Assembly: GCA_021801565.1 (NCBI GenBank)
Contig: JAJYXV010000003.1
Span: 196,894-260,893, forward strand
Origin: a bacterium
Lineage (GTDB): Bacteria; Patescibacteriota; Minisyncoccia; UBA6257; GWB1-50-10
DNA: 64,000 nt
Direction of reading: 5' to 3'
The notes under the pieces were generated by a model that searched no databases, was not told the origin of the DNA, and saw only the letters and a program-made list of their open reading frames with translations. Made by a program: the position numbers and the translations under genes. Shown one piece after another: positions 49,544 through 58,211 of the stretch; positions within the stretch are counted from its first letter, which is position 1, and each line of letters begins with the position of its first letter.

Positions 49544-50788
49544 TTATTCATAATGCAGCGATTCAATTGGATTTCTTTTTCCCGCTTTACGTGCCGGAAA
49601 AATACCAAAGGCAATTCCGATAGCAAAGGATACAATAATACCCCACATTGCGCCTCCTATTGAAAACACATATGGAAAATTAAGACCGGCAAACACGCGG
49701 GCGGCATATGAAAGAATTCCCGTGAGAAGTGTACCACCCATAACGCCAATAATTCCGCCAATCATAGTAAGAAGTAGTGCTTCAAAAAGAAATTGAGTAA
49801 GAATATTTTTATTTGTTGCTCCGAGCGCTTTTCGAAGTCCTATTTCACGCGTCCGTTCTGTAACTGAAACAAGCATAATATTCATGATACCGATTCCTCC
49901 AACAATAAGAGAGATCGCGGCAACGGATGTAAGGAGTACTGTAAGAATGCCCGTTATCGTTTTTATTCTATTTGCAATATCTTCTTGTGTTTGGATAAAA
50001 AAATCGTCTTTGTCCGGATTGTCTATATTATGATTGTTTCTTAAGAGAGTTTTTATATCCCTAATGGTTTCAGGAACTGATTCTACGGAATCTGCCTCAA
50101 CAACAATACGGTTGAAATAGTGTTGTCCCAGAATATCTTGTTGCACAGATGTATATGGAGCAATAATTGCCTTATTAAAATCCACAAATGAACCCTGTCC
50201 CTCAGAGGCAAGCGTTCCAATCACTCTAAACTTTCCGTCTTTCAGTTTTACTTTTTCTCCAATTGGGTTATTGTTTCCAAACAATTCTTCTCGTACTTTA
50301 TTTCCAATAACCACTACTCTTTCCTTTTGTTCAACATCTACTGCATCAAAAAACCTTCCTGATTGTATGGTGAGATCAAAATTTTTCTTCATATACTCAC
50401 TTCCCCCGATGACCATAGCATCATATGTTTCTGATTCAAATGACGCTGTTGCATATCCAAAAACATAAGGAATTATATTTTTCGCACTCGGAACATTTGA
50501 TTTTTTCTGTAAGTCTTGAAAATCTTTTTCCTTCAAAGAATCGTTCAATATGGTTCCTGCAGCATCCATAGGACCTTGCGGTTGTCTTCCGGGGAGAATA
50601 AATATATTGGAAGGACCAAAACGCTGTATCTCACCGATCACAAGTTGTTCGGCGCTTTGTCCGACAGACATAACCGCCATAATAGAAGTAATACCGACGA
50701 CAATACCGAGAACGGTGAGAATTGAACGGCTTTTATGGATGGAAATTCCTCCAACTGCCATTCGTAAAGAATCTGAAAGGCGTATCAT
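49544..50788 (-). CDS. ABC transporter permease (MacB/FtsX-like), paralog
   Basis: 414 aa. Same architecture and the TREIGLRKALGA motif. Confidence 0.8.
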   Translation of the reverse strand: MIRLSDSLRMAVGGISIHKSRSILTVLGIVVGITSIMAVMSVGQSAEQLVIGEIQRFGPSNIFILPGRQPQGPMDAAGTILNDSLKEKDFQDLQKKSNVPSAKNIIPYVFGYATASFESETYDAMVIGGSEYMKKNFDLTIQSGRFFDAVDVEQKERVVVIGNKVREELFGNNNPIGEKVKLKDGKFRVIGTLASEGQGSFVDFNKAIIAPYTSVQQDILGQHYFNRIVVEADSVESVPETIRDIKTLLRNNHNIDNPDKDDFFIQTQEDIANRIKTITGILTVLLTSVAAISLIVGGIGIMNIMLVSVTERTREIGLRKALGATNKNILTQFLFEALLLTMIGGIIGVMGGTLLTGILSYAARVFAGLNFPYVFSIGGAMWGIIVSFAIGIAFGIFPARKAGKRNPIESLHYE

Positions 50789-50793
50789 AGTTT

Positions 50794-51513
50794 CTACTTT
50801 GAGAATCCTTCCTCTGAAATGATTCTCCTTTTTTCTACCTTTTCATCTTTTTCAATCCTTCCATCTATAATATGGAGAATTCTTCCTCCGGCATGAGCGA
50901 CATACGATTCATGTGTTACTACCACTATAGTGTGTCCCTGATCATTCAATTTTTGAAGAAATTCAAGAACAACCCCGCCGGATTTTGAATCGAGATTTCC
51001 AGTTGGTTCATCGGCAAAAATTATTTTTGGATTATTTACAAGCGCTCGCGCTATTGCAACGCGTTGTTTCTGTCCTCCTGATAACTTTGATGTCCGAAAA
51101 TCGATGCGATCATCAAGTCCGACAAGATGTATAAGCTCACAGGCTTTTTTATTTCGTTCTTTCATTGGGATTCCCCGGTACATAAGAGGAAGTGCAACAT
51201 TTTCCAATACACTTAATCGCGGAAGAAGATTGAATGCTTGAAATACAAAACCGATTTTCTCGTTCCGTATATGTGCAAGTTCATCATCACTATATGTCTC
51301 AAGTTCTTTTCCTTCAAAAAAATATTTTCCTTTAGTAGGCCGATCAAGGTATCCCAAGACTTGCATAAGTGTAGACTTACCAGATCCCGATGGTCCCACA
51401 ATACTTACAAATTCCCCCTCATTAATTTTCAAACTCACATCAAAAAATGCTCTGGTTCGCACCTCCTCATCAATATAAATTTTTTCAAGTTTCTCTGTTC
51501 GTATGAGCTCCAT
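50794..51513 (-). CDS. ABC transporter ATP-binding protein (MacB/LolD-type)
   Basis: Walker [10 protein letters not shown], signature [15 protein letters not shown], Walker [12 protein letters not shown]. Confidence 0.9.
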   Translation of the reverse strand: MELIRTEKLEKIYIDEEVRTRAFFDVSLKINEGEFVSIVGPSGSGKSTLMQVLGYLDRPTKGKYFFEGKELETYSDDELAHIRNEKIGFVFQAFNLLPRLSVLENVALPLMYRGIPMKERNKKACELIHLVGLDDRIDFRTSKLSGGQKQRVAIARALVNNPKIIFADEPTGNLDSKSGGVVLEFLQKLNDQGHTIVVVTHESYVAHAGGRILHIIDGRIEKDEKVEKRRIISEEGFSK

Positions 51514-51515
51514 GA

Positions 51516-53078
51516 TTATTCCGTAGTTACTTTTTCATTTTCTGTCAGTCCTGAAAGTATTTCTGTTTTTCCGTCTGATCCCCGAAGTCCGGTTGTTATT
51601 TCTATTTCACGGACTGTTCCGTCCGCCTGTAATACTTTTGCTGTCTTCTTTCCATCTTTTGAGAAAATATTTCTTGATGGAATATACAATATATTTTCTT
51701 TTTTATCTGCAAGTATATCCACATTTGCAGTGAGTCCAGAAAGAATTCTCTCATCATTTTCTTCAAATTGAAGAGTTGTTTTGTATGTGGGGACACCATC
51801 TATAATTGTTTCCGATAAATTTTTCTTTGAAACTACCGCATTGAACATCACATCGTTTCCATATGCATCAAGCGTTACCCGCGCTTTATTCCCAATCTTT
51901 ATTTTTGCGATATCAGATTCAGTAATATTTGATTCAATTTCAAAATTTCCAGAGCCAATGAGTGACACCATTAAAACATTTGCACTTATAATATCTCCAA
52001 GTTTTGCATCTATTTTTGTTATTACTCCGGAAAATGGAGCATGAATATATGTCTTTTCAAGCTGTGATTCATAATAAAGAACATTCGCCTCTGCCTGGGC
52101 AATTTGCGCTTCTTGACCGGCAATTTGTTCAGCTGTAGCGCCGGCACGTTTCAAAGAAAGTTCATCTTCCGTTCTTTGCACAACAACTTTTTGTGATGCG
52201 ATTGCCTGCGATTGGGTGCTAAGTGAAGTGAATGCGATGTTTGTATTCGTCCTCCCTGTATTTATATCTAATTTATATGCACTGATTGTTGTTACAGAAA
52301 GGCCGACTGATGAATCTACAACGTCCATCGCTCGTGAAAGATAATCGCGCACAACAGCGAGATGATTTTTCCCATATTGCAATTCTTTTTCTAGTTCCTC
52401 GCTCGGAGTTGAATAATTTATCGTTTGTAACTCATCTTTCCATGCATTTAATTCACTTCCCGCCCGTACTCGGAGGGCAATAACATCGATTTGCGATTGA
52501 AGATCAGAGGCGGTGAATGTCAATTTCGGATTTTGTGTTTCATCATCGGTAAACAGATTATCTGTCTTCGTACGCACCGCATCATCTGCTTTCGCATAGG
52601 CATCATTCAATACATCGCGCACCCCCACATAATAATTCTGTAAATCTTGTTCAGCTTTCGCGAGTTCAGCTTCTTTTACTTTAATTTCTTCCTCTCGTGT
52701 TCCTTTGTTTAGTTCATCAAGTTTCGATTGTTGCATTTGTAAACTTGCTCGTGCCTGTGCAACTTGCGCAAAAAGATCTGAATTTTCAAGTTGTACAAGT
52801 GTCTGCCCACTTCCTACCTTATCTCCTACTTTCACTGCTATTCGAGTGATTTTCCCCCCACGTTCAAATGCAAGATCAACGTTTTTTGAAGGAACAACAA
52901 TTCCGGTTACGCTTACCTCCGAAATTATTTCCCCTCTTTTTACTTCGACAAAATTTGTTCCATTTCCTCCATTCTTTTTAAAAACAAAAAAAGAAATTGC
53001 AGCGAGAATAATTATTCCGAAGATAATAAACCATTTTCTGTTTTTTTTATTAAAAATTTTTTTCTCTTTTTTTTCCAT
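51516..53078 (-). CDS. HlyD/MacA-family periplasmic adaptor subunit
   Basis: 520 aa. N-terminal TM helix, lipoyl-like hairpin, long coiled coil and beta-barrel regions. First gene of the 4-gene efflux operon. Confidence 0.7.
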   Translation of the reverse strand: MEKKEKKIFNKKNRKWFIIFGIIILAAISFFVFKKNGGNGTNFVEVKRGEIISEVSVTGIVVPSKNVDLAFERGGKITRIAVKVGDKVGSGQTLVQLENSDLFAQVAQARASLQMQQSKLDELNKGTREEEIKVKEAELAKAEQDLQNYYVGVRDVLNDAYAKADDAVRTKTDNLFTDDETQNPKLTFTASDLQSQIDVIALRVRAGSELNAWKDELQTINYSTPSEELEKELQYGKNHLAVVRDYLSRAMDVVDSSVGLSVTTISAYKLDINTGRTNTNIAFTSLSTQSQAIASQKVVVQRTEDELSLKRAGATAEQIAGQEAQIAQAEANVLYYESQLEKTYIHAPFSGVITKIDAKLGDIISANVLMVSLIGSGNFEIESNITESDIAKIKIGNKARVTLDAYGNDVMFNAVVSKKNLSETIIDGVPTYKTTLQFEENDERILSGLTANVDILADKKENILYIPSRNIFSKDGKKTAKVLQADGTVREIEITTGLRGSDGKTEILSGLTENEKVTTE

Positions 53079-53403
53079 ATTTCTCTTGTTTTTTTTCTTT
53101 AAACTTTTTTATTTCTTCCCTCAAGACATCTTTCACCATATCAATACTCGTTCTTACATCAATATCAAAATGTTCAGCACGAATTGTTTTTCCGGGAAGT
53201 TCTAATGTTGCTTCGGCATAGAATACATCCCCTTTTTTATGATGTTTGGTCGATCTTGCAATTTCTATAAAAAGAACAATTTCCCCCCCGTATTCAAAAC
53301 GAGAGAGCATTTTTCCAAGCGGAGCAAATTTGTCATCAATATATTTTTTTATCGAAGGAGTAAGATCTAATTTATTTCCCAAAACATCCACTCTCATGAA
53401 CAA
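53050..53403 (-). CDS. hpf: ribosome hibernation promoting factor / RaiA family
   Basis: 117 aa. MRVDVLGNKLDLTPSIKKYIDDKFAPLGKM fits the HPF N-terminal pattern (I.G.n.elT.alr.yve.K). Overlaps the downstream adaptor gene start by 29 nt. Confidence 0.7.
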   Translation of the reverse strand: MFMRVDVLGNKLDLTPSIKKYIDDKFAPLGKMLSRFEYGGEIVLFIEIARSTKHHKKGDVFYAEATLELPGKTIRAEHFDIDVRTSIDMVKDVLREEIKKFKEKKQEKYGKKREKNF

Positions 53404-53490
53404 ATCTTAACACACTAAGCCGTCTTTTGAAAGATAAAATACATTTTTATATTATCTTTTCAACTCTCATTTTGTTATAAAATTCGTAAA

Positions 53491-53526
53491 TACCAAAAAA
53501 GGTTTTCATAATAATGAAAACCTTTG
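53491..53526 (-). terminator. rho-independent terminator after tRNA-His
   Basis: aaggttttcat-aataa-tgaaaacctt hairpin with a T6 tail on the minus strand. Confidence 0.7.
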
Positions 53527-53547
53527 TATAAACCGCAAAAAGCGGCG

Positions 53548-53620
53548 GGGGTATGGCGGGGGTCGAACCCGTAACCTTCGGTTCCACAGACCGTTGCTCT
53601 ACCATTGAGCCACATACCCC
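53548..53620 (-). tRNA. tRNA-His (anticodon GTG) with genomically encoded G-1
   Basis: Reverse complement g-gggtatg-tg-gctc-aatggta-gagc...ctGTGga...ttcgacc...cataccc-c. The extra 5' G pairs with discriminator C73, the tRNA-His hallmark. One mismatch at each base of the anticodon stem and T stem. Confidence 0.7.
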
Positions 53621-53627
53621 GTGAAAC

Positions 53628-55043
53628 TTAAGAAATGACTGACCTTACTTTAGCAACAATTTCAGATTTGTCAACTTCTTCTTGTGTTCGTGTAAGTAAA
53701 TTTTTGAGGAGAACGATATCTTTTTTCATTTCTGTCTCGCCAGCAATGATTGCAAATGGTACCTCTGAACTTACCGCAAAAGAAAGTTGATCTCGAAGAC
53801 CCTTTTTTTGTCCCAAATATAATTCAGTTTTGATTCCTGCGGAACGAAGTTCTGTAGTAATTTTTTGAACATATTCTTCCGCTGTTTTATCAAAATTTAA
53901 AACCATTGCTTGTGCAACTGTTTTTTCTTGTGACAGAATTCCGAGCTTTTGAAGCATTGCAAATAATCGATCTACTCCAACCGCAGCACCTGTCGCAGGA
54001 ACAAATTCATTGGAAAATTTCTCAACCAGTCCATCATAACGACCTCCGGAAAACACACTTCCTTTGATTGGAAAATCATCGGGAAGTCCTGTAATTTCCG
54101 TTTCAAATACTGGCCCCGTGTAATACCCAAGACCTCGAGCTATTGAAAAATCAATTTTCCACAACGCCTCATTAACTCCTAGCGCCTCAAGATTTTTTGA
54201 TATTTCTTGAAGTTCTGAAATACCAACGAGTGCAGTGGGTGCACCCTTCATTAACTCTGATGCTTTCATAAGCATCTCTGAATTTGATCCATTAATTTCG
54301 ATGAATTTTTTGATTACGTCAACTTGATTTTCGTTTAACCCAATCTCTTTGAGTCCCGATTGAACTCCTTCCCATTGAATTTTATCAAGTTTATCAATAA
54401 TTCGAAGCACGTCTGGAGTTATCTCATTATTAAACCCGGCACATTCAGACAGTCCATTTAAAACCTTTCGATTATTCACTTTAATAACAAAATTCTCAAC
54501 ACCGAGAGCTTTCATTACTGCCGACATTATCGCAATGATTTCTGCATCCGCCATCATACTTGTTGATCCTGCAATATCCACATCAAATTGAGTGAATTCT
54601 CGATAACGTCCTTCTTGAGGTTTTTCTCCTCTCCACACTACACCTCTTTGATAACGTTTCAGTGGACGAGGGAGCTCTGGGTATTGAGCAAGTAAGCGCG
54701 CAAACTGTATGGTTAAATCAAATCTGAGGGCCTTACCCTCCCCAAAAATTCTTTCCTTCTCATCTTTCACCATACCGTCGTCGATAGCATTCTCAATTTT
54801 CTTGAAATCCTGAAACTGAAGGACGCTGTAGATATTTTTTTTGAAATCGGGGTCTCCTCCCGTTAAAATTTCTTCACGTTCAACACACGGACCCTCAAGT
54901 GGCACAAAACCATATAATTCACAAACGTTACGAATAGTATCAAACATCCGCTGACGTGGAATCATATCTTTTGGCAAGTAATCATTGAACCCCGCAACTA
55001 ATTTCGGTGTTATTTTCTTTTGTTTATTATTCTTCATTTCCAT
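53628..55043 (-). CDS. hisS: histidyl-tRNA synthetase
   Basis: 471 aa. Class II motif 2 VVWRGEKPQEGRYREFTQFDVDI and an N-terminal GFNDYLP. Confidence 0.85.
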   Translation of the reverse strand: MEMKNNKQKKITPKLVAGFNDYLPKDMIPRQRMFDTIRNVCELYGFVPLEGPCVEREEILTGGDPDFKKNIYSVLQFQDFKKIENAIDDGMVKDEKERIFGEGKALRFDLTIQFARLLAQYPELPRPLKRYQRGVVWRGEKPQEGRYREFTQFDVDIAGSTSMMADAEIIAIMSAVMKALGVENFVIKVNNRKVLNGLSECAGFNNEITPDVLRIIDKLDKIQWEGVQSGLKEIGLNENQVDVIKKFIEINGSNSEMLMKASELMKGAPTALVGISELQEISKNLEALGVNEALWKIDFSIARGLGYYTGPVFETEITGLPDDFPIKGSVFSGGRYDGLVEKFSNEFVPATGAAVGVDRLFAMLQKLGILSQEKTVAQAMVLNFDKTAEEYVQKITTELRSAGIKTELYLGQKKGLRDQLSFAVSSEVPFAIIAGETEMKKDIVLLKNLLTRTQEEVDKSEIVAKVRSVIS

Positions 55044-55085
55044 ACTCCTTTATTTTACTAATAAATTTTAAATAATACTACCATA

Positions 55086-55114
55086 ATAATAAAACTAAAT
55101 CAATATATTGTCAA
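55086..55114 (-). promoter_or_regulatory. near-consensus sigma70 promoter for hisS-tRNA-His
   Basis: Minus strand TTGACA, 17-nt spacer, TATTAT. About 40 nt upstream of the hisS ATG. Confidence 0.5.
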
Positions 55115-55115
55115 A

Positions 55116-55148
55116 TGCAAAAACCGCCACAAAATGGCGGTGTTTTTT
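55116..55148 (-). terminator. terminator downstream of desuccinylase-like gene
   Basis: accgcca-caaaa-tggcggt hairpin with T-runs on both strands. Confidence 0.6.
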
Positions 55149-55968
55149 AACGTAATTTTTCTGTTCCGAGAATAAAGGCCTCCTCACCACTTTCCTTACA
55201 ATTCTTTGCAAAAATAATGACTCCGTCAGATTTTGCAAAAATCGGAGTTTGTCCATCATATCCCAGAAATTTACCTTTCATTATCGGCTCAAAATCGGCA
55301 AATTCACGATCAATCGTAAAATTCTTTTGCGTCTTGTAAATATAGTGTGCATGTATCTCGCGTTGGTTTTTCATCTCCTTCAGTTCCTCTTTGCCTGAGA
55401 TGAGATCCATTATTTTTAAGAATGTCACAATTGAATCATATGCACGTTTTGGAGCTTCTGGATCTTTATGATATCCGCATTCGACGCATATTCCATTTCC
55501 CTTTTGTGGATTGTTGTTTACGAAATAATCAGTCCCCCCTTCTTCAATATAATCCCATCCATGAGAACGAATCGGAAACGGAAGCATCTTTGCTATGTGA
55601 AACGAATGGGGTTCACAAATGATAAATGGAATACTTTTCTTTGACGAACTTGAGTGTACATCAAGTAGGGCAACACTCTCATTTAAAAACGGTTTAATTT
55701 CCTCTGCGCGTTTAAACTCATATGATCTTTTTTCCTTTTCAGACAATTTTTGAAAAGGACGGAACACTCGGTTCATGTTTGCATCTGTTTGCCGCACTCC
55801 CAATTCCATTGCTTTTAGGTTTGCAAGAATGAAATAGACTTTCCCTCTTTTTATTTCAATGGACATCGCTTTTTGCACTGCTTCAATACCACACACCTCA
55901 TTTCCGTGAACTCCACCCATAATAGTGACAGTATTTCCAGGATTTTTGCCATCTCTTCTGAATATCAT
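55147..55968 (-). CDS. succinylglutamate desuccinylase/aspartoacylase-family zinc hydrolase
   Basis: 273 aa. TIMGGVHGNEVCGIEAV (HGNE zinc site) and a distal LDVHSS. Confidence 0.6.
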   Translation of the reverse strand: MIFRRDGKNPGNTVTIMGGVHGNEVCGIEAVQKAMSIEIKRGKVYFILANLKAMELGVRQTDANMNRVFRPFQKLSEKEKRSYEFKRAEEIKPFLNESVALLDVHSSSSKKSIPFIICEPHSFHIAKMLPFPIRSHGWDYIEEGGTDYFVNNNPQKGNGICVECGYHKDPEAPKRAYDSIVTFLKIMDLISGKEELKEMKNQREIHAHYIYKTQKNFTIDREFADFEPIMKGKFLGYDGQTPIFAKSDGVIIFAKNCKESGEEAFILGTEKLR

Positions 55969-56085
55969 AAGATATCCTCCTTATTTGTTTTTTGAATATT
56001 CTGCCTATAGCATCCACAAAAATTGATTATTAGTCAAATTCCGTTGCTATTCTTTATTGAATGCTCAAAATACCATATAATTTCT

Positions 56086-56769
56086 ATGCGTTTTATTATG
56101 AATAGATTTGGAAACATACTTACTTATCAGGAGCTTCTTACAGTACTGCCTGGAGAAAACAACGAACCTCTTATTTCGCTTAATTCAGTCTGTCCTGATA
56201 TAATTTGCAAATATGAAAAAACCGATATGATTCCCCTCACGGGAAATGATATTTATGTCAGAAAAACGGTAGCAGAAAAATTATGCCGTGTACAAGAACG
56301 CATAAAAAAAATATCATCCGAATTTCAATTGCGAGTCGTTTACGGATATCGACATCCAAATATCCAAAAAAAATATTTTAACAAGAAAAAACAAGAATTA
56401 TTAGAAAAAGAAAATATTTCCGATGAAAATATAGATGCCGTCGTACATAATTTTATAGCGGTTCCCGAAGTTGCGGGACATCCAACGGGAGGTGCATTGG
56501 ATCTTACAATTGTAAAAAATGGAAAAATGGTTGATATGGGTACAGAAATTGCGGATTATTCAGATGAAGAAAAAATAAAAACCTATTCAATAAATATAAC
56601 CTCTGAGCAGATGAAGAATCGCATGATACTTCACGATGCTATGCTCTCAGAAAAGTTTGCCCCCTTCTACGGTGAGTGGTGGCACTTTTCCCATGGAGAT
56701 CGAGAATGGGCATATTTTTATGGAGAAGAAAAATCTATATACTCCCCAATATTTTTTGAGAAGAAGTAA
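56086..56769 (+). CDS. M15-family D-alanyl-D-alanine dipeptidase (VanX/DdpX-like)
   Basis: YGYRHP, GHPTGGALDLT (zinc His/Asp) and GEWWHFS. Start trimmed from 56023 to MRFIMNRF. Confidence 0.65.
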   Translation: MRFIMNRFGNILTYQELLTVLPGENNEPLISLNSVCPDIICKYEKTDMIPLTGNDIYVRKTVAEKLCRVQERIKKISSEFQLRVVYGYRHPNIQKKYFNKKKQELLEKENISDENIDAVVHNFIAVPEVAGHPTGGALDLTIVKNGKMVDMGTEIADYSDEEKIKTYSINITSEQMKNRMILHDAMLSEKFAPFYGEWWHFSHGDREWAYFYGEEKSIYSPIFFEKK

Positions 56770-56800
56770 AAAATCCCGCTTGAGCGGGATTTTTATAATT

Positions 56801-57370
56801 CTAACAATTTCCGTAGAGATACATTCGGAATTCGCTTTTTGAAGACACTTCTTTCGCGTGTTCTGAAACGTCTTGAACAAGTCCGTCAATAATTTTCGCG
56901 CCGAAGCTTAAATACATATTCTTCGAATTGGATCCTTCAAGTGCGGTTCTCATTACATAAGTCTTGAAACCTTTCTCCTTTGCAACGTTAATTCTTGCCC
57001 GTATAAGACCGGTTCCAATGCCTTTCTTCCTGTAATCGGCATGAACACCAATTTCTGACATATAACATGCCGTTTCTAACTCAAATGGAAGTTTTGACAT
57101 ATTTTCGTGAAGAAACCTCCCAGATTCCCAAGATTTCTCAGCTGGAAGCGCGCATCCAAAACCTACAACAGATTCATCGTGTGCAAGTGCGAGGAATATC
57201 CATCCATTATGTTCGAGATGTTTATTCCATACTTCACGTTCAACATATTCATCCGTATAAGATTCAAAATACGGTGCACCGGCAAATACTTCCTTGTATA
57301 AGTTGATGAAACCTTGTTTTTTTGGAGAGCCTTTTTCTACTTCAACGATTTTTATCTCATCAGCTCTCAT
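56801..57370 (-). CDS. GNAT-family N-acetyltransferase
   Basis: 189 aa. RKKGIGTGLI acetyl-CoA motif. Confidence 0.65.
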   Translation of the reverse strand: MRADEIKIVEVEKGSPKKQGFINLYKEVFAGAPYFESYTDEYVEREVWNKHLEHNGWIFLALAHDESVVGFGCALPAEKSWESGRFLHENMSKLPFELETACYMSEIGVHADYRKKGIGTGLIRARINVAKEKGFKTYVMRTALEGSNSKNMYLSFGAKIIDGLVQDVSEHAKEVSSKSEFRMYLYGNC

Positions 57371-58127
57371 GGATCACCTCCATGATGCTTCGAAGAACAA
57401 CCATTTGATCTCCGAAGAATATCGATTCAATCGTTCCTCCCGATGGCTGAACAATAAAACGCTCACCGGTTACCTTTCCCACCGCAATTGTTCCTGATCC
57501 GCAAGAAGTCTCATAAAAAAATGTATCAATTGCGCGCACCCATACTACCGGGTGCATCATAACTGATTCCTCTTCTTTTTGAATCCAGACAACACCAACA
57601 GCATCCCTCTTCTCAAGACCAAGCTCTTTTGTAATAGCTCGATGAATTTCTTCATAATTCTTGGGGAATGGGGCATTAATAACAAAATGAACAATACCCC
57701 CGAGATCAACAAGTGTTCCTGTGTGTCCATGGACATTTTTTAATTCTTTTGAAGAAACTCTCATTCCGGGGAAAACACATCGCACATCAGCTTTGTTTTT
57801 ATCCGGTGTTTGAATCACTTCTCCAGACACTTTTCCTGAAAAACCAGAAACTGTAAACGATATAGTGCCTACATTATGAATTCTTGAAAGCAGCAATGCT
57901 GCTGCTCGTGATGCGTTTCCGCAAAACTCTCCTCCTGCCATTTCAAAATGGTTTTCTGAGGGTATAAGAAATCCGCATTGCTCTGCACCGGATTTTTCAG
58001 TTTCCGTCATGAGTTGTTTTCCCTTCTCTTCATATTCTGCCCTGGGAAGGGCATGCTCGAGAATGCGGATTGCAGTGGCGTTTCCACCAGCCGCAGAAAT
58101 AACGAAAAGATGATGTTTTTGTTCCAT
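57360..58127 (-). CDS. DapF-fold PLP-independent epimerase (diaminopimelate epimerase-like)
   Basis: 255 aa. Both catalytic Cys motifs are present: EFCGNASRAA (compare CGNGARC) and ETSCGSGTIA (compare ACGSGACA). The N-terminal GNDF motif is replaced by GGNAT. Confidence 0.55.
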   Translation of the reverse strand: MEQKHHLFVISAAGGNATAIRILEHALPRAEYEEKGKQLMTETEKSGAEQCGFLIPSENHFEMAGGEFCGNASRAAALLLSRIHNVGTISFTVSGFSGKVSGEVIQTPDKNKADVRCVFPGMRVSSKELKNVHGHTGTLVDLGGIVHFVINAPFPKNYEEIHRAITKELGLEKRDAVGVVWIQKEEESVMMHPVVWVRAIDTFFYETSCGSGTIAVGKVTGERFIVQPSGGTIESIFFGDQMVVLRSIMEVIHES

Positions 58128-58211
58128 AAGATACTACTCCTTTTGATTAGTGAAAATTGACAATTTTCTGAGCTTATTATATCCACTTTCTGTTCAAACT
58201 GTCAAAACCAA

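Noticed and set aside
53050-53078. 29-nt overlap between the hpf stop and the adaptor-subunit start, considered as evidence that one of the two genes is false
   Set aside because: Both have family-level signatures (HPF N-terminal pattern; TM anchor, lipoyl hairpin and coiled coil for the adaptor). The TM helix begins at residue ~16 of the adaptor, so its start cannot move much. A short overlap is acceptable.
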